Origin: a virus
Taxonomy: Duplodnaviria; Caudoviricetes
DNA: 64,000 nt
Direction: 5' to 3' (one strand)
IMG/VR virus record: IMGVR_UViG_3300029288_000150
Coordinates: 1 to 64,000 of that record
The translations under genes and the position numbers were made by a program. Each line of letters begins with the position of its first letter. Positions within the stretch are counted from its first letter, which is position 1. The notes below the pieces were generated by a model, which worked only from the letters and a program-made list of their open reading frames with translations, did not search any database and was not told the DNA's origin. Below are positions 53,883-63,002 of the stretch, one piece after another.

Positions 53883-54137
53883 ATGTGCTGCGGGAACAGG
53901 GGGGGCAGGCGCCGGCCGCGGCCCGTGGCCATCGTGCCGGGCACGGACAGGGTGCTGGCGGAGTACACCGGGGGCCGGGAGGATTTGTTTTCCACCCGGG
54001 GCCCGGCGACCAGGGTTCGCTATTACGTCTCGGCCCGGGCCCACGAGCGGCAGATCCTGGTCTACGTCGAGGACCTGCCGGGGCTGGTGGGGAGCGGGGA
54101 GTGGCGGCCCGTCGAGGGCTGGGAGGAGGCCGCCTGA
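53883..54137 (+). CDS. Small MCCG-start protein, paralog of GT C-terminal module
   Basis: EYTGG...GPAT..RY...VYVED matches GT segment EYVGG...GPAT..RY...VYAED. Confidence 0.7.
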   Translation: MCCGNRGGRRRPRPVAIVPGTDRVLAEYTGGREDLFSTRGPATRVRYYVSARAHERQILVYVEDLPGLVGSGEWRPVEGWEEAA

Positions 54138-54640
54138 TGCCCGCCGTCCTGTGGAAAGCCATCAAGCCCCGCAAGTTCAACGACCGGGCGCTGCGGGCGG
54201 CCCTGGAGCGGGCGGCGGAGCAGGCCGCCGGCGGGATGCTCCTCGATTTTGAGCTTTCGGTCTCCAAGTGGGACCGGCGGCCGGCCTTTGACAAGATCGT
54301 GAGCGTCGGGCCCACCTCGGTGGACGTCCTGGTGGGGACCGACGATCCGATCTACCGCTACGTGTCGGGCGGCACAAAGCCGCACCCGATCCGGGCCAAA
54401 CGCGCCCGGGCGCTTCACTTCCGGGGCGTGTACCGGGCCAAGACGACGCCGGGGGTCATCGCCTCGCAGGCGGGCGGGGCATCGGGCCCGGACGTGTACG
54501 CCAAGTCGGTCATGCACCCCGGGACCAAGCCCCGGCACTTTGAGAAACAGATCGCCAAAAAGTGGCGGCCCAAGTTCAAGAAACTCGTCCAGGCCGCCCT
54601 GTCGGAAGGGGCCCGGGCCTCCGGGCACGCCCTGACCTGA
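54137..54640 (+). CDS. HK97 gp10-like neck/tail completion protein
   Basis: YVSGGTKPHPI...VMHPGTKPRHF. Confidence 0.75.
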   Translation: MPAVLWKAIKPRKFNDRALRAALERAAEQAAGGMLLDFELSVSKWDRRPAFDKIVSVGPTSVDVLVGTDDPIYRYVSGGTKPHPIRAKRARALHFRGVYRAKTTPGVIASQAGGASGPDVYAKSVMHPGTKPRHFEKQIAKKWRPKFKKLVQAALSEGARASGHALT

Positions 54641-54687
54641 CGCGCGTCAGGCCAGGGCACGGGATACGCAAATCGTAGGAGGTTACC

Positions 54688-56148
54688 ATGGGAAGCCAAA
54701 TTGTAGGGGGGGACATTGTCCTCTACACCAAGAGAGGCGTCGGGCCCGAATACGCTTTCGAGTACGAGGGCTGCGCCGAGTTTGACGACGCCGACCTGGC
54801 GCCGGGCGAGCTGACGCCCATCACCTGCCGGTCAAACGCCGCCTACCGGGAAACCGTCGTGATCGACATCGCCCGGGGCGAGTCGGGAATGCCGTCCACG
54901 ACCATCCGCCTGCTCCTGCGGCAGGCGCAATGGCTCATGGAGCAGGGCCGCGCCTGCCCCATGACCGTCGACTACCGCTTCGGGATGTGCGGCCGGCCGG
55001 ACAATCCCGAGGACTGGAGCGAGATCCTGCGCTTCAACGGTGCCTACGTTCAGCCGGGCAGCGTCAACACCGGGGCCGGGCAGGCGGACAAGGTGCAGGT
55101 CTCGGCCAACGTGGGCGGCATGACCTACACCATGCTCTACTCGCTCACCCTGGACGCCGTCGACGTGGGCGACCAGACCGCCGGGCTGGACGCCGTCCTG
55201 GTGGTCCCCAAGGCCGAGTGCTCGGGCGACTGCGGCCCGGGCTTTGGCGTGTGCGACTATGTGTTCGTCGCCACCGAGGGCGAGTACCTGACCACGGCGG
55301 AGGTCATCTACACCGCCGACGGGGGCTCGACCTGGGAGGCCATGGCCGTCTCACCCTTCGCCGCCGGCGAGTCGATCTCGTGCATGGTCGGCGACGTGAC
55401 CGGCTCGGCGACGGGCACGACCATGCGCCTGGTGGTTTTCCGGGGCACCACGGACGGGGCCAACCCGGCCGAGTGCGCCATCACCACCGACTGGGGCGCC
55501 ACCTGGGCGGCCGTCGAGATCGGGGCGGTCAACGGCCAGTACGTGACCGCCGCCTTCCGCCGGGGCCGCAAGATCTGGGCCGGGTGTGACGACGGGTATC
55601 TCTACTACTCCGCCAACTTTGGCAACACCTGGGCCCTGCAATCGAGCGGCACCGTGACGGGGGCCATCAACTCGATCTGCATGTTCTCCGACTCGGTGGG
55701 CATGGCCGTGTGCGACGGGGACGAGGGCCTGGTCACGGCCGACGGCTCGACCTGGTCCGCCCTGGGGGACGTGGCCGACGGCTCGGATCCGGATCTCCTG
55801 TGCGTCTGGATGACGACCCAGTGGATCGCCTACTGCGGCACGGACGCGGGCACCGTCTACTACTCCCTGGACCGGGGTGTGACCTGGACCCTGCTCCAGA
55901 CCCTGGGGACCGATCCCGTCCGCGACATCCAGTTCTGGACGGACACGACCGGCTACGTGCTGTACGGCAACACGGTCTATCGCACCGTGGATGCCGTGGA
56001 GTTCGTGGCCCAGACCACGCCCACGGCGGCGGTGCTGCGGGATCTGGACCTGTGCGGGCCCAACAGCGGCTGGGCCGTGGGGCAGACGTCGGCCAACGCG
56101 GATCTGGCCGTCCACTTCCAGCCCCAGCCGGCGACGCCGATCTACTAG
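54688..56148 (+). CDS. Probable major tail (tube) protein with C-terminal Asp-box beta-propeller
   Basis: Position between neck and chaperones, AGGAGG RBS; Asp-boxes TADGGSTW, TTDWGATW, SANFGNTW, SLDRGVTW. Confidence 0.6.
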   Translation: MGSQIVGGDIVLYTKRGVGPEYAFEYEGCAEFDDADLAPGELTPITCRSNAAYRETVVIDIARGESGMPSTTIRLLLRQAQWLMEQGRACPMTVDYRFGMCGRPDNPEDWSEILRFNGAYVQPGSVNTGAGQADKVQVSANVGGMTYTMLYSLTLDAVDVGDQTAGLDAVLVVPKAECSGDCGPGFGVCDYVFVATEGEYLTTAEVIYTADGGSTWEAMAVSPFAAGESISCMVGDVTGSATGTTMRLVVFRGTTDGANPAECAITTDWGATWAAVEIGAVNGQYVTAAFRRGRKIWAGCDDGYLYYSANFGNTWALQSSGTVTGAINSICMFSDSVGMAVCDGDEGLVTADGSTWSALGDVADGSDPDLLCVWMTTQWIAYCGTDAGTVYYSLDRGVTWTLLQTLGTDPVRDIQFWTDTTGYVLYGNTVYRTVDAVEFVAQTTPTAAVLRDLDLCGPNSGWAVGQTSANADLAVHFQPQPATPIY

Positions 56149-56151
56149 GCC

Positions 56152-56883
56152 GTGAGGGTCGCGCTACCCTGCGGGGTGAGTCTGGAGGTTTCGGGGGCGC
56201 CGCCACTCAAACGTGCCGCCGTCCTGGCGGCGTTCCCGTTGCCCGAACCGCCGTCGGTTCGCATCCGGCGGGCCGACGGCGGCTTCGACCTGTGGCCCGA
56301 CCGCGAGGATCCGGCCTACAGGGCGGCCCTGTGGGAAGCCTACAAGGCCCGCGAGGCGGCCCTGTGGCGGTTCTACCTCCTGGAGTGCCTGCCGGGCCTG
56401 GAGGTGCCCGCCGGCGATGCCTGGCGGGCTGACCTGTCGGCCCTGGGGATCAAGCCCCGGGCGGGGGAGGCCGGGCGGCGGCTGGACTTTTGCGAGTTCT
56501 GCATCCTCCAGACCCAGGCGGACGTCGACGCCCTGCGGGACGCCTTCCGCCGGGCCAACGAGGGCGAGCCGGCCGACCGCGAGGCGGCCGAGGCGTGGTT
56601 CGGGCTTACGTGGAACGGGACTCCCATCCGCGAGGCGGCGGATCGGCTGAAAAAGGGCAAGCTGGCCTTCGCCCCGGGCTGGGCCCAGTACCAGGCGGCC
56701 CTGGCGGCGCGGCTCCTGCCCTTCCACGAGGAGGAGATCCCGCCGGCCCTGCGGGCGCGGCTGGGGCTCCTGTACTACGACCTGCCGCCGGCCCTGCGGG
56801 CGCGGCTCGAGGTCGGTTACGAGTTGGACGTGTTGGTCCGCGCCCTGGCGGCGGACGACGTGCGGAGGCAATACGACAGATGA
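56152..56883 (+). CDS. Probable tail assembly chaperone
   Basis: Position before tape measure. Confidence 0.5.
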   Translation: MRVALPCGVSLEVSGAPPLKRAAVLAAFPLPEPPSVRIRRADGGFDLWPDREDPAYRAALWEAYKAREAALWRFYLLECLPGLEVPAGDAWRADLSALGIKPRAGEAGRRLDFCEFCILQTQADVDALRDAFRRANEGEPADREAAEAWFGLTWNGTPIREAADRLKKGKLAFAPGWAQYQAALAARLLPFHEEEIPPALRARLGLLYYDLPPALRARLEVGYELDVLVRALAADDVRRQYDR

Positions 56884-57398
56884 GCGATTGGACGGCGGAC
56901 ACCATCCCGGTCCAGCAGGTCTCCCGCCTGCTGGTCGAGGCGGTCCTGGAGGCCCACCCCCTGCCCCGGCGGCCCGACTTTGACGGGGCGCCCCTCACCC
57001 TGGAGCGCCTGGAGGACAAGAAAAGCTGGCCCAACGGCGGCCGGCAGCGCAAGGCCCGGGCCGCCTGGGAGCGGTTCGTGGCCGAGGCAAACGAGGCCGC
57101 CGAGCGGCGAAACGACGCCCTGTTCCGGCTGCTGATGGCCCGGGGCGTGGCCCTGGAGGTGCCGCCCCTGGAGACGTGGGGCGCGGACCTGGCCGAGGCG
57201 GGGATCGCGGACGGGACGGTCTCGGCCTCGACCCTCAAGCTCCTGTATCTCGATCACATTTTGCCCTCGCCCGACGACAAGCTGGCGCTCCTGGTGCGGG
57301 CCATGGAGGCCAGCGGGCTGCAGGCGGCGGCGGTTGACGCCGTGCGGGACCTGTTCCGCCAGGCGCTGGCTGCGGCCAAGGCTACGGGCCGGGCGTGA
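56880..57398 (+). CDS. Probable tail assembly chaperone
   Basis: ATGA overlap; similar in composition to the preceding ORF. Confidence 0.5.
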   Translation: MSDWTADTIPVQQVSRLLVEAVLEAHPLPRRPDFDGAPLTLERLEDKKSWPNGGRQRKARAAWERFVAEANEAAERRNDALFRLLMARGVALEVPPLETWGADLAEAGIADGTVSASTLKLLYLDHILPSPDDKLALLVRAMEASGLQAAAVDAVRDLFRQALAAAKATGRA

Positions 57399-57402
57399 GG
57401 TG

Positions 57403-58425
57403 TTACACGCCTACTGGTTCGGGGATTAGGTAGGGCTGGACGGCAATCGAGCCCGCGTCCGCCTTGCGGTGGCAGGATGAGCAGAGGCAAATCAGGTTAG
57501 AGAGGCGATTCGCTTGACGGTAGTTTTCATTCTCGCCAGGTATATAGCCGAACTCACGAAACGGCTTGATGTGGTGAACGTCCATCGCTCGCCTGTTGCC
57601 GCGCTGCTTCTTGCCGCAATGCTGGCAGCGGTTCTTGTCTCGCTTGCGGGCGCGTTGGCGCTGCGCCTCCCAGTTGGGGCCGTAATAATAAAGCTCACCG
57701 CCCTTCCAATTGGGGTGAGCCTCGCCCACCTGGTTCTCAGCCTGCCATCGGCCATGGCACTCCTGGTTGCAGAAAAAACGGCGGGTCCGATTCTCGATCT
57801 CCGAACGGATGCGCTCAAGAGGCTTGCCGCAAGTAGCACAATACACCGTGACCTTGCCGCCGGTCCACCGCAGGGCTTCCTTGCCCGTCAAGTGCTCGGA
57901 TTGCCAGCGACCATAACACGTCCTGCTGCAAAACCTTTGCCCGCTGGAAGGGCGGGCCTCGAAGGGCTCTCCGCACGCATCACAGCGGGATACAACCGGC
58001 CCGCCGTTCCATCCCGGCGCCTTTACGCCGCGCCAGTTGGCCGACTTCCAGGCGGTGAAGCAGGCCCGAGAACAGAAGCGGCGCCCCTTCTCGGCTTGAC
58101 CGGGCGTTACATCAAAAGACGTGCCGCATTGTTCACAGGTGAGCGTGACACGGGCAACCGGCGCCCAGTATTCGCGGTTCTTTTGCTGCCATTCGTAAAA
58201 GCAGGCACGGTCACAAAACGCCTGCTTCCTGTATCGGAAGTGATTGGGGCAGACATCCAGGGGCTTGCCGCAGTTGGCACACTCGATAGCGATCCGCTGC
58301 CAGATGTTGTCATGGCGCCAGGCAGAGTAACACGCCATGCTGCAAAATGCCTTATTACCCCTGCGGTTACTGGGGCGGGTCTGAAATGATTGGCCGCATT
58401 GTTCGCAAGTCAACTCGATCTTCAT
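57403..58425 (-). CDS. HNH endonuclease with five CxxC...FCxxxC zinc-finger repeats
   Basis: Five repeats then CQHCG...MDVHHIKPF...NLICLCSSCH; low GC, opposite strand. Confidence 0.9.
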   Translation of the reverse strand: MKIELTCEQCGQSFQTRPSNRRGNKAFCSMACYSAWRHDNIWQRIAIECANCGKPLDVCPNHFRYRKQAFCDRACFYEWQQKNREYWAPVARVTLTCEQCGTSFDVTPGQAEKGRRFCSRACFTAWKSANWRGVKAPGWNGGPVVSRCDACGEPFEARPSSGQRFCSRTCYGRWQSEHLTGKEALRWTGGKVTVYCATCGKPLERIRSEIENRTRRFFCNQECHGRWQAENQVGEAHPNWKGGELYYYGPNWEAQRQRARKRDKNRCQHCGKKQRGNRRAMDVHHIKPFREFGYIPGENENYRQANRLSNLICLCSSCHRKADAGSIAVQPYLIPEPVGV

Positions 58426-58431
58426 GCGTCT

Positions 58432-58460
58432 ATTGTAGCACAATAGTCCGCAATAGTCAA
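58432..58460 (-). promoter_or_regulatory. Promoter of the HNH gene (probably leaderless or short leader)
   Basis: Minus TTGACT (58460-58455)-17-TACAAT (58437-58432), about 7 bp from ATG 58425. Confidence 0.65.
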
Positions 58461-58481
58461 GGGGTGCAAGGGTAAATCGCC

Positions 58482-61400
58482 ATGGCGCTCCAAATGTCGG
58501 CCGCAGAGTTTCTCGGGATCGCCGCCATATGTGATACGTCCCAATTTGATGAGGGGCTCCGTACCTACATCGCCGGCCTGCGGCAGATGGAGTCCGAGAC
58601 CGACAAGAAGACCGGCGAGGTCGGCAAAAAAACCGACGAGATGGCCCGCAAGCAGGCCGCCGCCCTGAAAGAAGTCGGCCTGGCCTTCTCCGCCGTGGGC
58701 GCCGCCGGGACGGCCCTCCTGACGTCCATGGCCTTGACGGCCAGCCGGGCCGAGGAGTTGGGCGTCATCCTGGACGTGACGGCCACCAACGCCCAACGCC
58801 TGGCGACCCAGGAGGCCGCCGCGGCCCGGGAGGCCGGCGACTTTGCCGCCGCCGCCGCGGCAACGGCCCGGGCCTCGTCCATCACCGGGCAGGCGGTCAA
58901 TGAGCAGGTAAAGGCCGTCAAGGAGCTGGGCATCACCACGGCCGTGGCCAACAAGACCGTGGCGCAGCTCATCCGCTACAACCTCGATTGGAAACAGTCC
59001 ACCGACCTGGCCCGCCTCGCCCAGGACGCCGCCACGTTCGCCGCCCAGGACTCCAGCCAGGCCCTGGACGGCCTGATCCACGGCATCACATCCCTTAACC
59101 CCCGGGTGCTCAGGACCTACGGCATCCTGGTCAACCTGGAGCAGGAATACAGCAAGTTCGCCCGGGCCAACGACCGGACGGCCACCAGCCTGACCGACCT
59201 GGAGAAACAGCAGATCGCCTTTAACGCCGTCCTCCGCCAGGCGCCGGCCATCGCGGGCGCCTACGAGGCGGCCATGGACACCGCCTCCAAGCAGCTCCGC
59301 TCCCTGCCCCGCGACATCTCCGAGGCGGCGGAGGCGTTCGGCGGGCACCTGACGCCCATGCTCAACTCGGCCGTGGGCGCCCTGCGGGACCTGCTCCACT
59401 GGCTGGCCGACCTGCCCCAGCCCGTCCAGGAGACGGCGACCCAGATGCTGGCCTTCGGCACCGCCGTTACGACCCTGGCGGGCGGGGCGGCCCTGGCGGT
59501 GCCCAAGATCCAGAAGCTGGTCCAGGCCATGCGCGATCTGGCCATCGTCCAGCAGCTCGCCTCGGCCGGGATGCTCGGGCCCGCAGGCCTGGTGGCCGGG
59601 CTGGCCCTGGCGGCGGGGGCGGTGTTGCTCTACCAGAAAAACCTCCAGGACGCCCACCAGGAGGAGGCGGCGGCCCTGGCCGAGGCGGCCGAGAACTACA
59701 CGGTCTATACCCGCAAGCTCGACGAGGCGGGCCTGTCGGCCTACGGCCTGACCGAGGCCCTGTATAAGCTGGTCAAGGCCCAGGAGGCCAGCGCCCAGGC
59801 GGCCTACGCCGAGAGGCTGGCCCGGGCCCGCGACAGCCTGGAGGGCCTGGTCTACGCCGCGACCAACGCCACGGAGCGGACGGGCGAGTTCTGGGAGGAG
59901 GTCGAGGCCCTGCGGGGGCCGCTGTCCGATGCGGAGTTGACCGTCCTGGCCGACCGGGACGCCGTCCTGGAATTGTACAGCGCCCTGGGCCTGGAGGGCG
60001 AGCGCCTCATCGAAAACACGCGCCTGACCAACGCCTGGGCCATCTCCAAGAAGACGGCGGCCCAGGCGGCCCAGAACGAGGCCGAGTTCGAGCACCGCCG
60101 CTGGCAGGAGCTCCAAAAGATCCAGTCGGGCGTGACCCGCGTCACCGCCCAGGGCACCGACGCCCTGCGGGAGCGGGCGGACTGGGAGCAGATCGTGGCC
60201 GACCGGGAGAAGGCCCGCTTCCAGATCCTGGTGGACCTGGCCCAGGCCGAAAAGGAATATGCCGACGCCGTGGAGGACGCCACGGCCGCCGCGGCCCGGC
60301 AGATGGTCGAGGCCGAGGACCAGGCGGCCGCAGCCCGGGAGTCGGCCCGCGAGGAGCTGACCGGCGCCCTGACCGACCTGGAGGAGGACCACGCCGACCG
60401 GGTGGCGGACATCTACGGCGACATCGCCGGCGTGGCCCGCGACCTGGCCCGGGACATCGTCGAGGCCGAGCAGAAAGCCGCCCGGGAGCGGGAGGCCATC
60501 GCCCGGGAGATGGCCGAGGCCATAGCCGACGCCGAGCGGGACCTGGCCCAGGATCGGGAGGATGCCGCCCGGGACCTGGCCCGCGACCTGGAGGACATCG
60601 AGCGCAAGGCGGCCGAGGACCTGGCCGACCTGGAGCGCGACCTGGCCCAGGATCGCGAGGACGCCGCCCGCGACCTGGCCCAGGAGCGGGAGGACCTGGC
60701 CCGCGACCTGGCCCGCGACCTGGAGGACATCGAGCGCAAGCACAACGACAAAATTGAGGACCTGCGCCTCAAGCACCTCCAGGAGCTCGAGGACCTGCAG
60801 GCGGAGCACGGCGAGCGGCTGGCCGACATCGAGGAACGCTACGCCCAGGAGCGGGCCGACATCGAGCAGAAATACAGCCTGGAGCCCCCCGAGCCCGACT
60901 TTGACGAGCGCCGCGAGGACCTCATGGAGGAGCTGCGCCGGCTGGAGGAGTTGGCGGCATCGGGCACGGGCATCTGGTACGGCGCCGACATCGACCAGGT
61001 CAAGAAACAACTGGAGGAGCTCAAAAAGGAGGAGCTGGCCGCCCTGGAGGAGCGCAAAAAGGAGGAGCTCGAGGCCCTGGAAGCCTGGCTCGCCGAGGAG
61101 CAGGGCGTCCGGGAGGCCGCCTACCAGGAGGCCCTGGAAGCCGAGGAGGCCGCCTACCAGGAGCAGCAGGACGCCCGCCAACGCCAATACGAGCAGGACC
61201 TGGCGGACCTGGCCCTCGAGCACCAGCGGGAGCTCGAGGAGATCCAGCGCCAGCACGACCGGGAGCTGGCGGAGTTGGCCCTCAAGAACGAGCGGGCCCG
61301 GGCCGAGCGCCAGCGGGCCTACGAGCAGACCCTCCAGGACCTGGCCGTCCAGCACGAGCGGGAGCGGGCCGAGATCGCCCGGCGCAACGCCGAGGCGCTG

Positions 61401-62087
61401 GCGGACCTGGACGCGCAATTGGCGGAGGAGAAGGCACGACTTGAGCAAAGCGCGGCGGAGCAAGCGGCAAGGCTGGCGGAACAACTGGCAACGGAGCAGG
61501 CCAACTACCTGGAGAGGCGCGGCGAGCTCGCGGCTCATTACGACGAGCAGTTGGCAGAGATCGACGCGGCACTGGCTGAGGAGGTGGAGAAAATACAACT
61601 CGGCCTAGCCGAGGAACTGGCCGAAATCATCCGCAGCCTGGGGGAGCAGTCCCGGGCGTTCCGCGACGCCTACGCCGAGCAGCTCCGGGACCTGGAGACC
61701 TACCTGGCCGACCGCCTGGCCCGCGAGCGGGCCTACCAGGACGACCTGGCCGGGATGTGGGAGGCGCACAGCCCGTCCCGCTGGATGCAGCGCCTGGCCC
61801 GGGACATCCTGACCGGCTTCGAGGAGCCCTTCCAGGGCCAGCCCCTGACGTCGGGGCTGGGCTCCGCCCTGGAGGGCTTCCAGTCCGCCCTGGGGGACCT
61901 GGGGGGCGGGGCGGCGTACCGCCCGCCGGCCGTGGCCCCGCCCGTCGTCTCGCGGAGCGTGTCCACCCAGACGTCCAACACCATCAACCTGGAGGCCCAT
62001 TACGCCCGCGGCCGCTCCGAGTCCAGCCTCCGGGATGACGTGGCGCTCCTGCAGATGACCATGGATAGCCAGGTGCCGAGGTATTAA
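58482..62087 (+). CDS. Tape measure protein
   Basis: 1201 aa Ala/Glu-rich helical, central hydrophobic segment, 11-residue ARDLA repeats. Confidence 0.92.
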   Translation: MALQMSAAEFLGIAAICDTSQFDEGLRTYIAGLRQMESETDKKTGEVGKKTDEMARKQAAALKEVGLAFSAVGAAGTALLTSMALTASRAEELGVILDVTATNAQRLATQEAAAAREAGDFAAAAAATARASSITGQAVNEQVKAVKELGITTAVANKTVAQLIRYNLDWKQSTDLARLAQDAATFAAQDSSQALDGLIHGITSLNPRVLRTYGILVNLEQEYSKFARANDRTATSLTDLEKQQIAFNAVLRQAPAIAGAYEAAMDTASKQLRSLPRDISEAAEAFGGHLTPMLNSAVGALRDLLHWLADLPQPVQETATQMLAFGTAVTTLAGGAALAVPKIQKLVQAMRDLAIVQQLASAGMLGPAGLVAGLALAAGAVLLYQKNLQDAHQEEAAALAEAAENYTVYTRKLDEAGLSAYGLTEALYKLVKAQEASAQAAYAERLARARDSLEGLVYAATNATERTGEFWEEVEALRGPLSDAELTVLADRDAVLELYSALGLEGERLIENTRLTNAWAISKKTAAQAAQNEAEFEHRRWQELQKIQSGVTRVTAQGTDALRERADWEQIVADREKARFQILVDLAQAEKEYADAVEDATAAAARQMVEAEDQAAAARESAREELTGALTDLEEDHADRVADIYGDIAGVARDLARDIVEAEQKAAREREAIAREMAEAIADAERDLAQDREDAARDLARDLEDIERKAAEDLADLERDLAQDREDAARDLAQEREDLARDLARDLEDIERKHNDKIEDLRLKHLQELEDLQAEHGERLADIEERYAQERADIEQKYSLEPPEPDFDERREDLMEELRRLEELAASGTGIWYGADIDQVKKQLEELKKEELAALEERKKEELEALEAWLAEEQGVREAAYQEALEAEEAAYQEQQDARQRQYEQDLADLALEHQRELEEIQRQHDRELAELALKNERARAERQRAYEQTLQDLAVQHERERAEIARRNAEALADLDAQLAEEKARLEQSAAEQAARLAEQLATEQANYLERRGELAAHYDEQLAEIDAALAEEVEKIQLGLAEELAEIIRSLGEQSRAFRDAYAEQLRDLETYLADRLARERAYQDDLAGMWEAHSPSRWMQRLARDILTGFEEPFQGQPLTSGLGSALEGFQSALGDLGGGAAYRPPAVAPPVVSRSVSTQTSNTINLEAHYARGRSESSLRDDVALLQMTMDSQVPRY

Positions 62088-62088
62088 C

Positions 62089-63000
62089 ATGCTGCCCGTC
62101 GCAGAGATCGAGCTAGAGGACGCCTGGGGGACGGTGTTCCCCCTGGAATGGCCTGACCGCCACCTGACCGAGATCACCGGCCTGGGGCTGCCGCCCGTGG
62201 TCCACTGGACGACCCGCAGCCCGTTCCAGCACGGCCGGACGCACTGGTCCTACACCGTCCAGCCCCGGGTCGTCAATATCGGCCTGTTTATGCGCGGCTG
62301 CGGTCGCCTGGGCTACTGGCAGGCCCGGGCGGCGGCGGCGACCATGCTCAACCCCGAGAATGGCCCCCACAAGCTCCGCCTGACCTATCCCGATGGGGAG
62401 ACGTTCGAGCTGCACGACGGCTGGGTCAACGGCGACTTTGGCCTGTCCAGCCAGCAGGCGACCTACTCGACCCAGGCCGGGGCCCTGCAGATGGTATTTT
62501 ACAGCCCCTTCTGGAAGTGGATCACCTCGCCCCTGGCCGCCGGGCAGACGCGGGACGACGAGGGCCGGACGTGCGTGGAAACGTCGACCATCGCCGCCGT
62601 GGCCCAGCTCGCCCTGCCGTTCGTGGGGCCGTTCCTCCTGGGCACCACGGCCGGCACGGCGACGCTGGCGGCGACCAACGGCGGCGGGGCGGCGGTCAAG
62701 CCGGTCATTTCCCTGGAGGGGCCGGCCGAGGACTGGACGCTGACCAACCCGGCCAACGGCCACCAGCTCACCTGGGACGGCTACGCCATCGCCGCCGGGG
62801 AGGTGGTGACCATCGACGTCCCGGCCAAGACCATCACCAACGGGGCGGGCACGGACTTGAGCGCCTACGCCCAGGGCAACACCGGGACGTTCGCCCTGCA
62901 GCCGGGGGCCAACGCCCTGGCGTTCTACGGCGCCGGGGGCGTGGTCAACGGCGTCACAACCCTGTCTGTCTGCTGGTACGTCGAGGTGATCGGGGTATAG
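62089..63000 (+). CDS. Distal tail (Dit)-like protein
   Basis: Follows TMP; NGGGAAVKPVISLEGP, IDVPAKTI pattern. Confidence 0.75.
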   Translation: MLPVAEIELEDAWGTVFPLEWPDRHLTEITGLGLPPVVHWTTRSPFQHGRTHWSYTVQPRVVNIGLFMRGCGRLGYWQARAAAATMLNPENGPHKLRLTYPDGETFELHDGWVNGDFGLSSQQATYSTQAGALQMVFYSPFWKWITSPLAAGQTRDDEGRTCVETSTIAAVAQLALPFVGPFLLGTTAGTATLAATNGGGAAVKPVISLEGPAEDWTLTNPANGHQLTWDGYAIAAGEVVTIDVPAKTITNGAGTDLSAYAQGNTGTFALQPGANALAFYGAGGVVNGVTTLSVCWYVEVIGV

Positions 63001-63002
63001 CC

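Noticed and set aside
56152-57398. Programmed -1 frameshift between tail chaperones
   Set aside because: No canonical XXXYYYZ slippery site recognised near the end of the first ORF; ORFs overlap by ATGA, consistent with simple coupling
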